Source: Basidiobolus meristosporus CBS 931.73 (lineage: Eukaryota; Fungi; Basidiobolomycota). From it: DNA of 64,000 nucleotides. Below are positions 26,710 through 38,560 of this stretch, piece after piece (positions within the stretch are counted from its first letter, which is position 1; each line of letters opens with the position of its first letter). The translations under genes were made by a program, and so were the position numbers. The stretch is taken from positions 62,001 through 126,000 of the forward strand of contig MCFE01000176.1 in the NCBI GenBank assembly GCA_002104905.1, read 5' to 3'. The notes beneath the pieces are model-generated. The model worked only from the letters and a program-made list of their open reading frames with translations. It was not told the origin of the DNA and ran no database searches.

Positions 26710-27734
26710 GCGTACTTTTTCTGGTTGCTGAGTCAGATTTCTGGAAAAGAGCTCTCATCCCTCCTCTTTGTAAATTGATGGGCATCCTTCTTCTTTCCCT
26801 GTCAGCAAGCATTCCATCAGCATCAAACTGTACAGCTCCATCTCTAGGTAGCTGACTAAGCTCTGAGCAATCTCTTCTGGCATGCTGAGTAGAGTCACAC
26901 CAGATGCAGTGTCTAGGCAAAGGTCTTTGGCTCTCAGTAGCAACTTCAGCTGAGCTATTAATCTTGAGGGCTAACTTTTGTAGCTGCTCAGCAAGTTGGT
27001 GAATTCTGTTGGTAGTGTAGGTCTGATTGTCAGCAGCAGCACTCCTTGGCTCCTTGGCTGACTGGTCTGGCAAATTAGATTTCAAAAGTCTCATAAAGGT
27101 GGAAGTTGGCTTTGCCTCTAGCTGAGCACATTTTATCTCTGCAAAGCATGGAATGCTAGACTTGTCATTCCTGGCTGCATGTAAGTCAACTTTCATTGCC
27201 AAGTCCTGAGGAAGCCTTTATGCAAGGTAAAGTGTCATGGTAACCTCAGTTATATTCTGGGACTCTAGGTTGGCTTGGCCATGTCTTCATATTATTAAAT
27301 GAGCTCTTCAGGTGGTAGCTTGGAAATTCAAGTCCTTCCAGAGTGTCTAAGGTCTTCAATTCCGTAATATATCTGGGGTCTACCATACTTGGTTTGTAGG
27401 TAGGTCTTCATTAAGGCCCAGTCAGTGAGAATGTCTCCTTGTCTGAGAAGCCTAGGGGTAATATCATTGGTGCAGTAGTAGGAGAATTCTTCAGCCATTT
27501 CTTGTTCAGATAGGCTGCACATCTTGCAGAGCCTCTCCCATTTGAATATGGAGCTTTCCACATTCTTTCCATCAAGCTGTGGGGCTCCATGTGAGAGTGG
27601 TAATGGCATAGAGTTCATTTTGGGTAGGTAGGTTGGTGTTGTAATTGTGATGATATTGGTAGTCTCTTTTCAGTAAGTGGATAATATCTCAAATCTTCTG
27701 ATAAATCTGTTAGGTCCTAGGGAGCATGTATGAA

Positions 27735-27753
27735 CCTTCTACGTTGGGTGCCA
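27735..27753 (-). promoter_or_regulatory. Primer-binding site of G1 (tRNA-Lys CUU-like)
   Basis: TGGCACCCAACGT.. 4 nt (TATT) after the LTR CA; CpG-decayed form of TGGCGCCCAACGTGGGG. Confidence 0.65.
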
Positions 27754-27840
27754 AATATGTGGTGACAAATAGGTCCAAGGGAGAGATACATCCAATACTT
27801 CCCAAGTGTTTTGTGTGTGGGGAGCTCACTGGGCGCAATA

Positions 27841-28922
27841 TGGTGAATAAATATGGTATTCCACCTGAATACTCACCCAACTTAGCCACTTGGATCATTA
27901 CCTTCAAATCCTAGAGAATACTGACCAAATTCCCTGTTGGGATTTACTTGGAATATTTTCACCAAAATGCCAGGTACCCAGAACATGAAAACTCTTCAAG
28001 TAGTCTAGACAGCTCCAAACTTTGCACACATCTTCTTGGGACCTTCTTTAATCAAATCTGCTTGCTTTTTATGCCAAAACATGTAAAAGTATAAATAATA
28101 CTTTTACATGCAATAAATTATTAAGTGAAAACCACATAATCTACTTGTTCTCCCAATCACTTCCAATAGACTTGTTCCATTGTATAGTGCCACATTGAGC
28201 CATGAGTGCCAAATGATGCCATAGTATGCCAGAGAGGCCAAGTGTTCCTATACTTGGCCACAGAGTGTGAAACATAGATATGCATATTCATGCAAAGCAG
28301 CCCCTGTGTTTTACTTCTGATGTAGGAGAAAATCCAATTTTTTGCCTTTTTTTTGTGGATCAATATTGTGCAGGATGTGTAAGAGCACAAAGGATTGAAG
28401 GTATGGATCTGGTACTCAATACTCATGGCACTCTGAATCTAGCTCCTGTGGCTTGTAACATGTCACAAAAATGCATGGCACTATCTTGGTCCACTGTTAC
28501 TATCCGGCAATGTAAGTGCTCTGTATTGATCTTACTTTAGCGCTAATATTTAAATACAGTGCTGGATACTACTAGTGGACCAAGATAGTGCCATGCATTT
28601 TTGTGACATATTACAAGCCACAAGAGCTAGATTCAGAGTGCCATGAGTATTGAGTACCAGATCCATACCTTCAATCCTTTTGTGCACTGCACATCCTGTA
28701 CAACATTTGCCTAAAAAAAGGTTAAAAAATTGATTTTCTCCATCACAATGAGTGAAACACAGGGGGTGCTTTACATGAAGATGCAGAGCTGTGCTGCACA
28801 CTCCATGGCCAAGTTTAGGCTCAATTGGCCTCCCTGGCACACTATGGCATCATTTGGCACTCATGGCTCAATGTGGCACTATCCAATGGAACAAGTATAA
28901 TATCTTCAAGACTCTTACAGCA
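27841..28922 (+). mobile_element. Copia C2 solo LTR inserted in the G1 5' LTR (348 bp after removing the foldback element)
   Basis: TSD CAATA (27836-27840 / 28923-28927); homologous to 11758-12105. Confidence 0.92.
28168..28898. mobile_element. Foldback/MITE-like element, copy 1 (731 bp, ~330-bp inverted arms)
   Basis: AGACTTGTTC..GAACAAGTAT; 3-bp TSD AAT; the empty site matches the C2 LTR at ~12078-12090. Confidence 0.92.
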
Positions 28923-30078
28923 CAATAGCCTCTAGCAAATGCTTGCTAGGAGTACTTGGGTTCTGTCTCTAATACAATATGATGGTGGATGAAGCCATGA
29001 GCTTGTCAAGGGAAAACTGTTGAGCTACAATGCCCAACTTTGTTGTATCTTAACAAAAGTATGTGCAGGGTCCAGCATCCTTTGAGATGACAATGTAGTA
29101 AAGCTTCCAAAGTCAAAACAACTGTAAACACCACCAGCCGGGACTTGATAAGAAAGCAGCTGTGGTCAATAGTTACAAAGACAGAAAAATATCTTTGCTT
29201 GTACAAGAACAAACTTGGGAAAAATCAACTATAATTAAAGATATTTACTCTGAGTATTCCCCACAAGTAGTGGCTTCAAGGTCAGTTGGCTGTCAGCACA
29301 GTTTCCTGGGAGTGTCTGGTGGTCTGGGATTAAAAGTTCAGGTAGCAGCAGGTAGCAGTGATCATGGTAATCAACAAGTTGGTATATTAATAAAAGGGAT
29401 GATGATTTATTGTTGAGGGATTGCCTCCCTTATATACTTTTTTCACTGGCTAAGTGATTACTAATCATGGTGTTCCAGAAGGTTACAGAGATCAATAGAA
29501 GTCCTAATGACATCACAATGTGCTAAGAGTATTTTAAGTAGGTGCTGGAAAGTTCTAAGAGGCACAGCACATCCAACCAATCAGGAATCAGTACTCTGAA
29601 ACCTATGTAACATAGGGATATCATATATGGTATAGAAATTGTAGGGATGATGACACGGGTTGATCACAAGTCACAAGTATTGGTACAGGTACTTGCCTAA
29701 TACAGAAGAACTTACAGCTAGTAATCTTACATAAAGTGAGGGATGACTTACGCAATAAGGTAAGCAGGTGTGATTGTCAGCCAGCTTATGGGATAGTACT
29801 TATCAAGTAAGACAAATGGGATAAAACTAAAATAAGTGTAGTAGAGAAATAAGGAAGTAAAAATTATGGGAATGAGTCATAATTTTTACCTAAGATATTG
29901 AACCTTGTCTCCAGCTATTGGTTTGATAAATATGTCTGCAATCATTTCATCTGTAGGGCAGTAGGCTAAGCCAACTAAGTTATTTTCTATGGCTTCATGT
30001 ATGTGATGATGTCTAATATCTATATGCTTAGTTCTAGCATGAAAAGTTGCATTTCTGTTTAAATGTATATATCCTTGA

Positions 30079-30623
30079 TGTCATGATCAAATGACATCCC
30101 TGGTCTCCAATTATCTAGCCAAATCAAGTCAGTGAAGAAACCTCAGTTCCTTCTAGAAAGTTCTACTACATTCTAGCAACTTCTTGAAAGCTCCAAGTCA
30201 CATTGCACAATGGAACATTCTATGGACACTTCCCATTTGAATTTATGCAGTTCTATGTCATATATGGTAACTACATGCCACATGACCTAGTTACATGGTC
30301 AGCTGACCCCTTACATATCTCCATGTGATATTCCAGTCTGTTCTTTGGTATATTCTATCTTGGCACACTTGCTGTGCCTCACCCAAGAACCCCATCAGTA
30401 TTAGCCAATATCTCTTGGCATCCATATTGCCAAAAAGTATATATAGTCCTATCCCCCCTTATGTATTCCTCAGTCTGATAAACACAGGTCTTGAATAAAC
30501 TGCCTTGCCTTGAAAATCCATCTTGCCTTGGAAGCACATCTTCCCTTGTTGATCCACACCTAAGTCCTTTCCAGGTCCTGCCTTGCCCAGCTCTACTCTC
30601 CAGCCTTGTGTCTATTCATAACA
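30079..30623 (+). mobile_element. Solo LTR family D, copy 2 (545 bp), in copia RNase H
   Basis: TGTCATGA..TCATAACA; TSD CTTGA (30074-30078 / 30624-30628); removal restores the QDNQG motif. Confidence 0.92.
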
Positions 30624-31509
30624 CTTGATTATCTTGAAATAAAGTAACAGGCATTTTTGACCTAAGCCTAAATCTTTAAAAAGCTTCCTTTACCACATTG
30701 CTTCCTTTGTAGGTTCACAGGCTGCTGTCTACTCTGCCTCTGTGGTAGAAAGTGCTATGGTTGGTTGCTTTCTTGAATTCCATGAAATAGCTCCTTTACA
30801 GTAAAGAAATATGTATCCTCTGGTGGATCTTCTGGCATCCAAACTTTGTCCCTAATCAGCATCAGAATATCCCATAAGATTCTGTTCTGATTTCTTATAA
30901 GTGTATCTTCAGCAGATGTAAGTAGTTTCTTTTAGGTATCAAAAAATTGGCTTCACTGCTGCAATATGGACAGATCCATAATTCTGATTACTCTGGCTGA
31001 AAACTCTCACTGAATATGAGATATCTGGATGTGTTCCAAGCATGATATATATCAGACTGCCAACCTAGATTGATAAGAAAAGTCAGTGCTTTCAGATAGC
31101 ACCAAGCTCACCTGATTTGATTGAGTTTTAACCAAGTTAAGGTTTTCTTCAATGAGGTAGCTGCTGTTGTGCATCAACATTTAAAACTTAGCATATTTTA
31201 CTCCATTGGAATACCTAATACCCTAACTGATTTTCCCTAACCTAAACATAGCTAATCTCAGTTATGGTTTATTTTATCACTTCTCAGAATATACTTTTAG
31301 CTGCAGCACCTGATCAATTTTCATGTGGTCTTTACTCCCACAACCAATCTGCTAAGCCTTTCCAAGTGATTAGTCATCTGATATCTATCCAACCATTCAG
31401 CAATTGCCAAGACATCAGCTGATTAATGATGCTAATCTTCATTTATCTCATGCACCCATCAACACCCCAACAGATTTCAATTAGTCCAGTCTCTTGGCAC
31501 TTACTAATT

Positions 31510-32243
31510 AGACTTGTTCTGTTGGATAGGGCCACATTGAGCCATGAGTGCCAAATAGTGCCATTGCATGACAGAGAGGCATAGCAGACCTAAACTTGGC
31601 CTCAGAGTGTGAAACATAGCTCTGCATTTTCATGCAGAACAGTCCCTGTGTTTCACCCATTGTGTTGGAGAAAATCCATTTTTTGACCTTTTTTTTTGGA
31701 TAAATGTTGTGCATGATGTGTAAGAGCATAGAAGAATAGATGACATGCACCTGGTATTCAATACCCATGGCACTCTGAATCTAGCTCCTGTAGCTTGTAT
31801 CATGTCACAAAAATGAATGGCACTATCTTGGTCCACTAGTACTATCTGGCACTATAAGTGTTTTGTATATGTCTTACTTTAGGGCTAATATTTAAATATA
31901 GTGCCAGATAGTACCAGTGGACCAAGATAGTGCCATTCATTTTTGTGGCATGATACAAGCTACAGGAGCTAGATTCAAAGTGTCATGGGTATTGAGTACC
32001 AGATGTATGTCTTCAGTCCATCTGTCCTCTTACACATCCTGCACAACACTGATCTAAAAAAAAAGGTCAAAAAATGGATTTTCTCCAACACAATGGGTGA
32101 AACACAGGGGCTGCTTTGCATGAAGATGAAGAGCTATATTTCACACTCTGTAGCCAAGTTTAGGCTCACTTGGCCTCCCTGGCATACTATGGCATCATTT
32201 GGCACTCATGGCTCAATGTGGCACTATCCAACAGAACAAGTCT
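31510..32243. mobile_element. Foldback/MITE-like element, copy 2 (734 bp)
   Basis: AGACTTGTTCTGTTGGATAG..CTATCCAACAGAACAAGTCT; 3-bp TSD ATT (31507-31509 / 32244-32246). Confidence 0.93.
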
Positions 32244-32848
32244 ATTCTACTCAATCTGAAAGGTATAAATAAAGTTTACTGAACCTTTTGGTTCAGTGTG
32301 TGTCTAACTCAAATTAAGATTGTGTCTCTGCAAAATTAAGAATTCAACAATTCTGTCCTGGTTTCTGCCCAAGCCTAGCATATCTAGCACTCCCAAGAGT
32401 ACCAAGCCTAGCCTGCATGGCAAACCAACTCTGTTACCTTTATAGCCCAACTCAGCTATATACAAAACCAATATTAAACCAGAACCTCTCTGCTAATACT
32501 TCTGTTGCTCTTGACAATTTTGATAATCTGCACTTAGTTGTCACTTAGGTTCAGTTAACTCCTTCAAGAGTTTTATTACACTTTTCTCTTGGATACAACA
32601 GCTGCTGATTTACAGTCTTCCACTTGGTACTTTTTAGTATATCTTGAACATACTTGGATTAGCTTAGGGTGATTATCTTGGTACTTCTGTCTATGAAGAA
32701 GATCATCCCTAAGTAGTAACTGAGTTCTCCTAGATCAAACATCTTGAACTCTGTTGATAGGCTGGACTTGGTCTCTTCCAATGACTTGAGGTTATTGGTG
32801 GCTATAATAGGATCATCTACATATAGAGCTTATAGAACTGGATTTGCT

Positions 32849-33146
32849 AAACAAGGATTCTCAGACATGCATCAGGTACTCAATACCCATGGCACTCTGA
32901 ATCTAGCTCCTGTGGCTTGTAACATGCCACAAAATTCAATGCACTATCTTGGTCCACTGGTCCTATCTGGCACTATATTTAATTATTAGCCCTAGAGTAA
33001 GATCAATACAATGCACTTATAGTGCCAGATAGGACCAGTGGACCAAGATAGTGCATTGAATTTTGTGGCATGTTACAAGCCACAGGAGCTAGATTCAGAG
33101 TGCCATGGGTATTGAGTACATGATGCATGTCTGAAAATCCTTGTTT
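32849..33146. repeat. ~300-bp near-perfect palindrome sharing the core of the foldback family
   Basis: Arms aaacaaggatt..gccagatag nearly exactly complementary; outer termini differ from copies 1-2; no TSD seen. Confidence 0.85.
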
Positions 33147-33824
33147 GGGATCATTTTTAGTGCAGATATGAATAGTATATCTTCAGTTGTTGCAGCATTT
33201 CCATGTTCATGCTTTTCTGCTGGCTATCTCTCTTTTTCAGGCACTAGTCTGATATGTGTCCTTTCCTTTTGCAGTAGTTGCAAAACTAATTGCTATTGCC
33301 TTTGAAAGGTCTTTGGTGTCTCCATTGTTGGTTATGATTGCTTATTAAAGCATTTTCTTCTACCTTCTTATTGGTGCTGGATTTTCTTATTTCTTCATCT
33401 AGGAGCCTTCCAATATGCAATTTAAGGTCAAATCTTCAGTTCTTGACTCTAGGGCTGATACAAGGCCCTGAAACTGCTGTAAGAGTCTTGGAGATATTGG
33501 AAGTGCTTGGGAGAACAAGTAGATCATGTGGTTTTCCCTTAATTATTTATTGAATGTAAAAGTAGTATTTATACTTTTACATGGTCTTGGCATTACAAAC
33601 ACATAGAATAGGCTAAGGAAGGTCCAAAAAACATGTGTGCAAAGTTTGGAGCTGTTTGGACAACTTTGAAAATTTTCATGTTCAAGGTACCTGGTATTTT
33701 GGTGAAAATGTTCCAAGTAAATCCCAACAAGCAATTTGGTCAGTATTCTCTAGGATTCAAAGGTAATGATCTAAGAGACTAAGCTGGGTGATTATTTTGG
33801 TGGAATTATAAATTTTTTACAACA

Positions 33825-34690
33825 GAACTTTTCTGTCAGACTATTCAGAATGGTTACTATCACATCCTCATTGGTAGTTGGTACACCCCCAGATCCCATC
33901 TCATGCACCTGCAGGGTAATTCTGTCAGTTAGATTTTTCATTTCTTCTCCTGGCAGTATCTTTGTAGCAAAGAATGCTCATCTCAGATACATTTTCTTGG
34001 CAGCTGAACATGAGTGGTAAATATCTTCTAATGCCTTCCAGGCATTCTTTTTGTTATTGCTGCTGAGCATTGAATTGGAAATTTTTCCTTGACCTTATGG
34101 CAAATACAGTTAAAGGCACTTTGTTCTTTCTTCTGGTACCTTAAGGCTTCCTCTCCCATGTTTTTAGGAGGGCATTCTTCTCCCATGACAATATCCCAAA
34201 GGCCTCTTTCTTGCAGCAGCATCTTTATCTTCACCTTCCACACTTGGTAGTTAGATCCATCCAACTTTTCAGCAGAGGGAAAAGTTCCAGTAATAGTAGT
34301 AGTAGACATTGCATAGAGTGACAGCTTGGGGCTCATAACCTGCTGTAAGAGTCTTGGAGATATTGGAAGTGATTTGGAGAATAAGTAGATCATATGGTTT
34401 TTCACTTAATGATTTATTGAATGTGAAAGTAGTATTTATACTTTTACCTGGTCTTGGCATTACAAACATTTAGAATAGGTTAAGGAAGGTCCCAAGATCT
34501 TGTGTGCAAGGTTTGGGGCTGTTTGGACAACTTTGAGAATTTTCATGTTCTGGGTACCTGGTATTTTGGTGAAAATATTCTAAGTAAATGCCAACAAGGA
34601 TTTTGGTCAGTATACTCTACAATCTGAAGGTAATGATTCAAGTGACCAAGTTAGGTGACTATTTAGGTGGAATTGCAAATCTTTACAACA
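33825..34690 (-). mobile_element. Copia C2 element E2 5' end (LTR 34341-34690, PBS, gag start)
   Basis: PBS GGTTATGAGCCCC directly after the LTR CA; gag from 34309: EKLDGSNYQVWKVKIKMLLQERGLWDIV. Confidence 0.9.
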
Positions 34691-34739
34691 GAAGTGAGTC
34701 AAACCAAAGAGGACAAAGTATTTTATATACATGTGTATG

Positions 34740-35790
34740 TGGTGCCATAATTTTATCTATATTGCTTACTATGGTAGGTCATCATTGAATCTTACATTCA
34801 TGTAGGTGCAATGTCTAAAATACAGGGCTGTCTTAAATTCAAATGAGTATAGACAAAAAGTGATATAATATTGTTACATTGCTGAGTATTAGACTGTTTG
34901 CCCCAGAGAGAAGACTACTTTGATCCCACACTGTAAGAGAAGCAAAAAAAGACCATGTAGCTATTGTAACAAGTCTCTCAGCCATGAAGCACACTGACAG
35001 GATAGGAAGAATTATAAGAATTATGGACAGTATTTTCCCACTCAAGTCATATCTACTATTCATCAGTCACTATTGTCCAACAATATCTTGCTGGCAACTT
35101 GGTACTTCTATAATGGCACCTAGCTGTACTTGTTACCTTGGGCAAACTGTGTCAGGTGAGTTTGTGATGCCTTTAGGCTCACCTTGGCCTTCTGAATATG
35201 ACATGCAGAGTGATTGCTCCAAAGAAGAAGGCCTACTAATGGACTGTTGGCCTATCTCCCCTAACAAGATACCCTGCACAAGCCCACCAGGGTCCCAATA
35301 TGCACAAAGACATCACCTATAGAAAAAATGCCAAGGATACTTTATGGAGCCTGGTATGCCCAGTAATCCATATATTGGTGAATGATAAGATGTTGTGGCA
35401 AGAGAAGTGGCATATTTTCACAAATATTAGGAATGGGGGCTTATATGACTTACCACTACTTATTGGCAAAATCATTCCAAAATGCAACTAAACATATACA
35501 TGGTACACATGGACAACTGCTACACAGCTGGCAACATAGAACCCATAGACCATCCTGATACCAGCATGTGTCTACAGTTGCATGGCATTCACATCAGAAA
35601 ATGCCACCATTGCAAGTTGTCCAACTTGTCAGGAATCCACCACCATTGGGGGAAAATATTGCTCACATTACAGATATATTCTGGTAATACCATCACTAAA
35701 GAAGCTTATGCAGTCCAACAAATATTGCAAAGTTATAAAGTACTGCACTTAGTATCAATCAGGCATAAATATTTCCAATATATTCTTGTG
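34740..35790 (+). mobile_element. Unit A copy 3 plus N-terminal CACTA-like transposase region
   Basis: 34.74-35.40 kb matches unit A; 35.48-35.79 kb matches 16.79-17.10 kb (AAGNI..DHPDTSM..LSGIxHHWGKIL). Confidence 0.65.
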
Positions 35791-36899
35791 AAGGTGGTGG
35801 CATAGATTGGACTGAGGTGCACCAGTGGCCTAACATTGCAGGGGATGGTAAGGAATCCAGTGTGGTGTGCTGGCACAATGCAGATGCGGTTACTTGTGGT
35901 CTGTATTCTTCCTCTTGATGCTCACCTTTGGATTCCTCAAGGTACTCACTAACACTCTGCCTGATACTCTGGAACTACTGCATTGATGAGTCCTATGTAT
36001 TTTGCTCTTGGAAGCCACTTAGGGTACTAATATATTACATAGTCATTAGCAATTTGAGGCAAAAACATATTCAAAATCTCTTTGGTTGCCAAAGTTGAGG
36101 CACAAATGGATGCATTCAGCCAGTACCGTGCAAATTCAGTGCAGAATTGTTTGTGTGCAGCTTCCTCATCCAATCCCCTCACTCTCAGCACATTCTTGAT
36201 TTCAATACTATTATTATGTATCTTCTGACATACATCTGCTGGCATCTTGATATAGAACTTATGCCACAGCTTTCTACTCCATTTCTTCCATTTCAGTCAA
36301 CTCTCTGAGGTATCCAGTTCTGCTAGATTAATGAGTAGTGCCCAAACATATGTATGAAGGCTCATCATAGACACTTGGTTCATACTGAAAGCATTTGGCA
36401 AGAACTCAAATGGATCCAACATTGACTTTTCTGGTCCAGACTGCACTTGTGAGCAGTGGGATGGCTTTTGTCTGGGTTGTACCATAGATGAGCTGAGACT
36501 TGGTACAGGGACCATAGTGACATATTTAGATACTTATATAGTAGTATGTTGGCATCAACCTGGTCATATATGAAATTATAAGAAAACTAATGTGACTGTT
36601 GAATTCTCCATATTTCATGCATAATGCAGCTTGGATTGCATTGGCATGGATCAGATCACAGCAATTGCATATTTCCAATTTGATTATAAACTTGTGGGTG
36701 AATCTTCATGAAAGTCACCAAGTCATTGTTTGAAGATGATTTTTGCAACATAATCATGGGATACATGGCAATTGATGGAGATTTAATCATAATGCATGGA
36801 AAATCAGATTAATCATGCTGATCATGCCAATTCAATTCATATCATCTCTACCCAATCTCATCAATTTTAATATGACTTACTCATCTGAATGGTCTTTTC

Positions 36900-38560
36900 T
36901 CATCAATCCCATCACTACCACTGGATTTCCTTTTGACACATTGGAGGAGACCTATACCAAGTACTGTGGACCATCTACCCTGATCAACTCAAGGAGATCC
37001 CTTGTTAAGCTTCTCTGATATTACAAGAACTATTGCCCTACAAGGTTTCAACCCACCATCTATGGCAACAGAAGTACTTGAAGCCTTCATTCCCAGCTGA
37101 CAGCAATGGAGAACTACCTTGCGGAGGGTATAAATGTTTTGCTGCTAAGCTGCTGTTCCTGTGGCTTGAGGCATATATTGAAGTCATCTTTTGCTGGGAG
37201 GCTTTACTACTGGCAATGATAGCAGGGTAGACTATATTGGTAAGGCACACAGGTTGGTTCCTTAGCATGTCTGTCTTCAAATTGGCTAACTCTGTATTCT
37301 GGTAGTATGTAAACTTGTTGAATCTTCACTCAAACATCCAAGAAAATTGCATTGATCCATGTAGAGCAGCAATCTTGGTGTTAATAGCACACTGTATAGT
37401 AAGAATGTACTTGACCCAATCCTTTGTGATACCTTTTATCAGTTTCCTGATAATGCTCACTCAGGTTAGAACATGTCTTTCAGCAAGTCCATGGCATTGG
37501 GATGATATGGAGTAATTAGATGGTGATCAATGTCACTATTCTGGCAATGGGATTTGATCACAAAACTCACAAGTTATGTTCCATTACCTGATTGAAGGAT
37601 CTTGGGGAACCCAAAGAGGCAGAAGTGCGTTGAAGATTGCTTGTGCAATAGTGGCATCATACTTGTATGGGATAGCTTTGAGGATAACAAGGCATGAGCA
37701 GACATCCATAATCACAAAGAGGTAGTGATTGCCATCATCACTAGTGGTGAAAGGTCCAGCTAGATCAATGGCAATATGATCCATAGGAAGGCCTACATGG
37801 ATAGGACTCATAGAGTGAAATCCATGGCAGCTGATATTGTAAAGCTGACATTCTCTGCAAGACTTGATCAACTGTAGGCAGTTAGCTTTGATATTTGGCC
37901 AGTGATATCTATCAGAGTGTAGCTTCTTCATAAGGGTGTCAGCTCCAAAGTGGCCAAGTAAATGACTCCACTGCATCAATGTTGTCCTTTCATCTGCAGG
38001 GGGAACTTTCCAAGTTACTGAGTCCAATAGAGGATTATTTTGAAGTTGTAGTGTGTTCACTGATTATGTCAGTAATCACATGTCCCTCCCAAGGTGAAAT
38101 TGGAAAATGTCTTTCAAGGTGGTCAGGCAGAATCTTGGGAATTCCTGGGCAATGAGCAACTTTATGTTCATAATCAAGTAGGGTATCAAGCCAGTTGTTG
38201 AGCATTAGAGTCAGAGTATTTTGAACCTGGATATAGACAAGGTCTTGGTGGTAAGTGTACAAGGTAAAAGGGTAACCCATAGATACTGATGAAATGTCTT
38301 CAAGGCAAAGACTATAGCAAGTGGAATTACAAATTATTACAACAAGTATATGGGTGGAGGTACAAAGGTGATAGCAGTAGGGTCTATGTGAGTTTTATCA
38401 ATTGTTAATCTAAGCACAGTAGTAGATAGTATCTGATGAACTTGTAGTATATCATGCTATACTGAGCCATTGAAACTATAGTAAGAATACATGGCCCAGG
38501 TTTTGAGGACATCTGGCTTCAAGTGTAGCCAAAGCACCTAGCATGCAGACTTCAGTGATT
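36900..38560 (-). mobile_element. Ty3/gypsy pol fragment G3 (RNase H and integrase)
   Basis: FTLYTYHQDLVY..WLDTLLDYE; HLLGHFGADTL..HWPNIKANC..CRECQ; HIAIDLAGPF. Confidence 0.88.

Larger units (their letters stand above)
20538..29878 (-). mobile_element. Ty3/gypsy element G1 (5' LTR, PBS, gag, PR, RT, RH, truncated IN) carrying five nested insertions
   Basis: Zn knuckle CIWCDSTQHARRDC; protease HIDSGSEIC; RT AVFVDDIG; IN EPGGHRG; 5' LTR 27758-~29878 is family B. Confidence 0.92.
29879..33824 (-). mobile_element. Copia C2 element E1 (5' LTR 33475-33824, decayed gag-pol, 3' end lost)
   Basis: GAISWNSRKQPTIALSTTEAE, HARTKHIDIRHH, IADIFIKP on the minus strand; LTR homologous to C2. Confidence 0.85.

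Noticed and set aside
28165-28901. TA TSD (Tc1/mariner) interpretation of the foldback elements
   Set aside because: The empty C2 LTR site and the second copy both fit a 3-bp duplication, not TA
28157-32272. 86-96 aa ORFs in the foldback arms as genes
   Set aside because: One arm has an early stop, frames shift between arms, and no domain is recognisable; likely incidental to the palindrome
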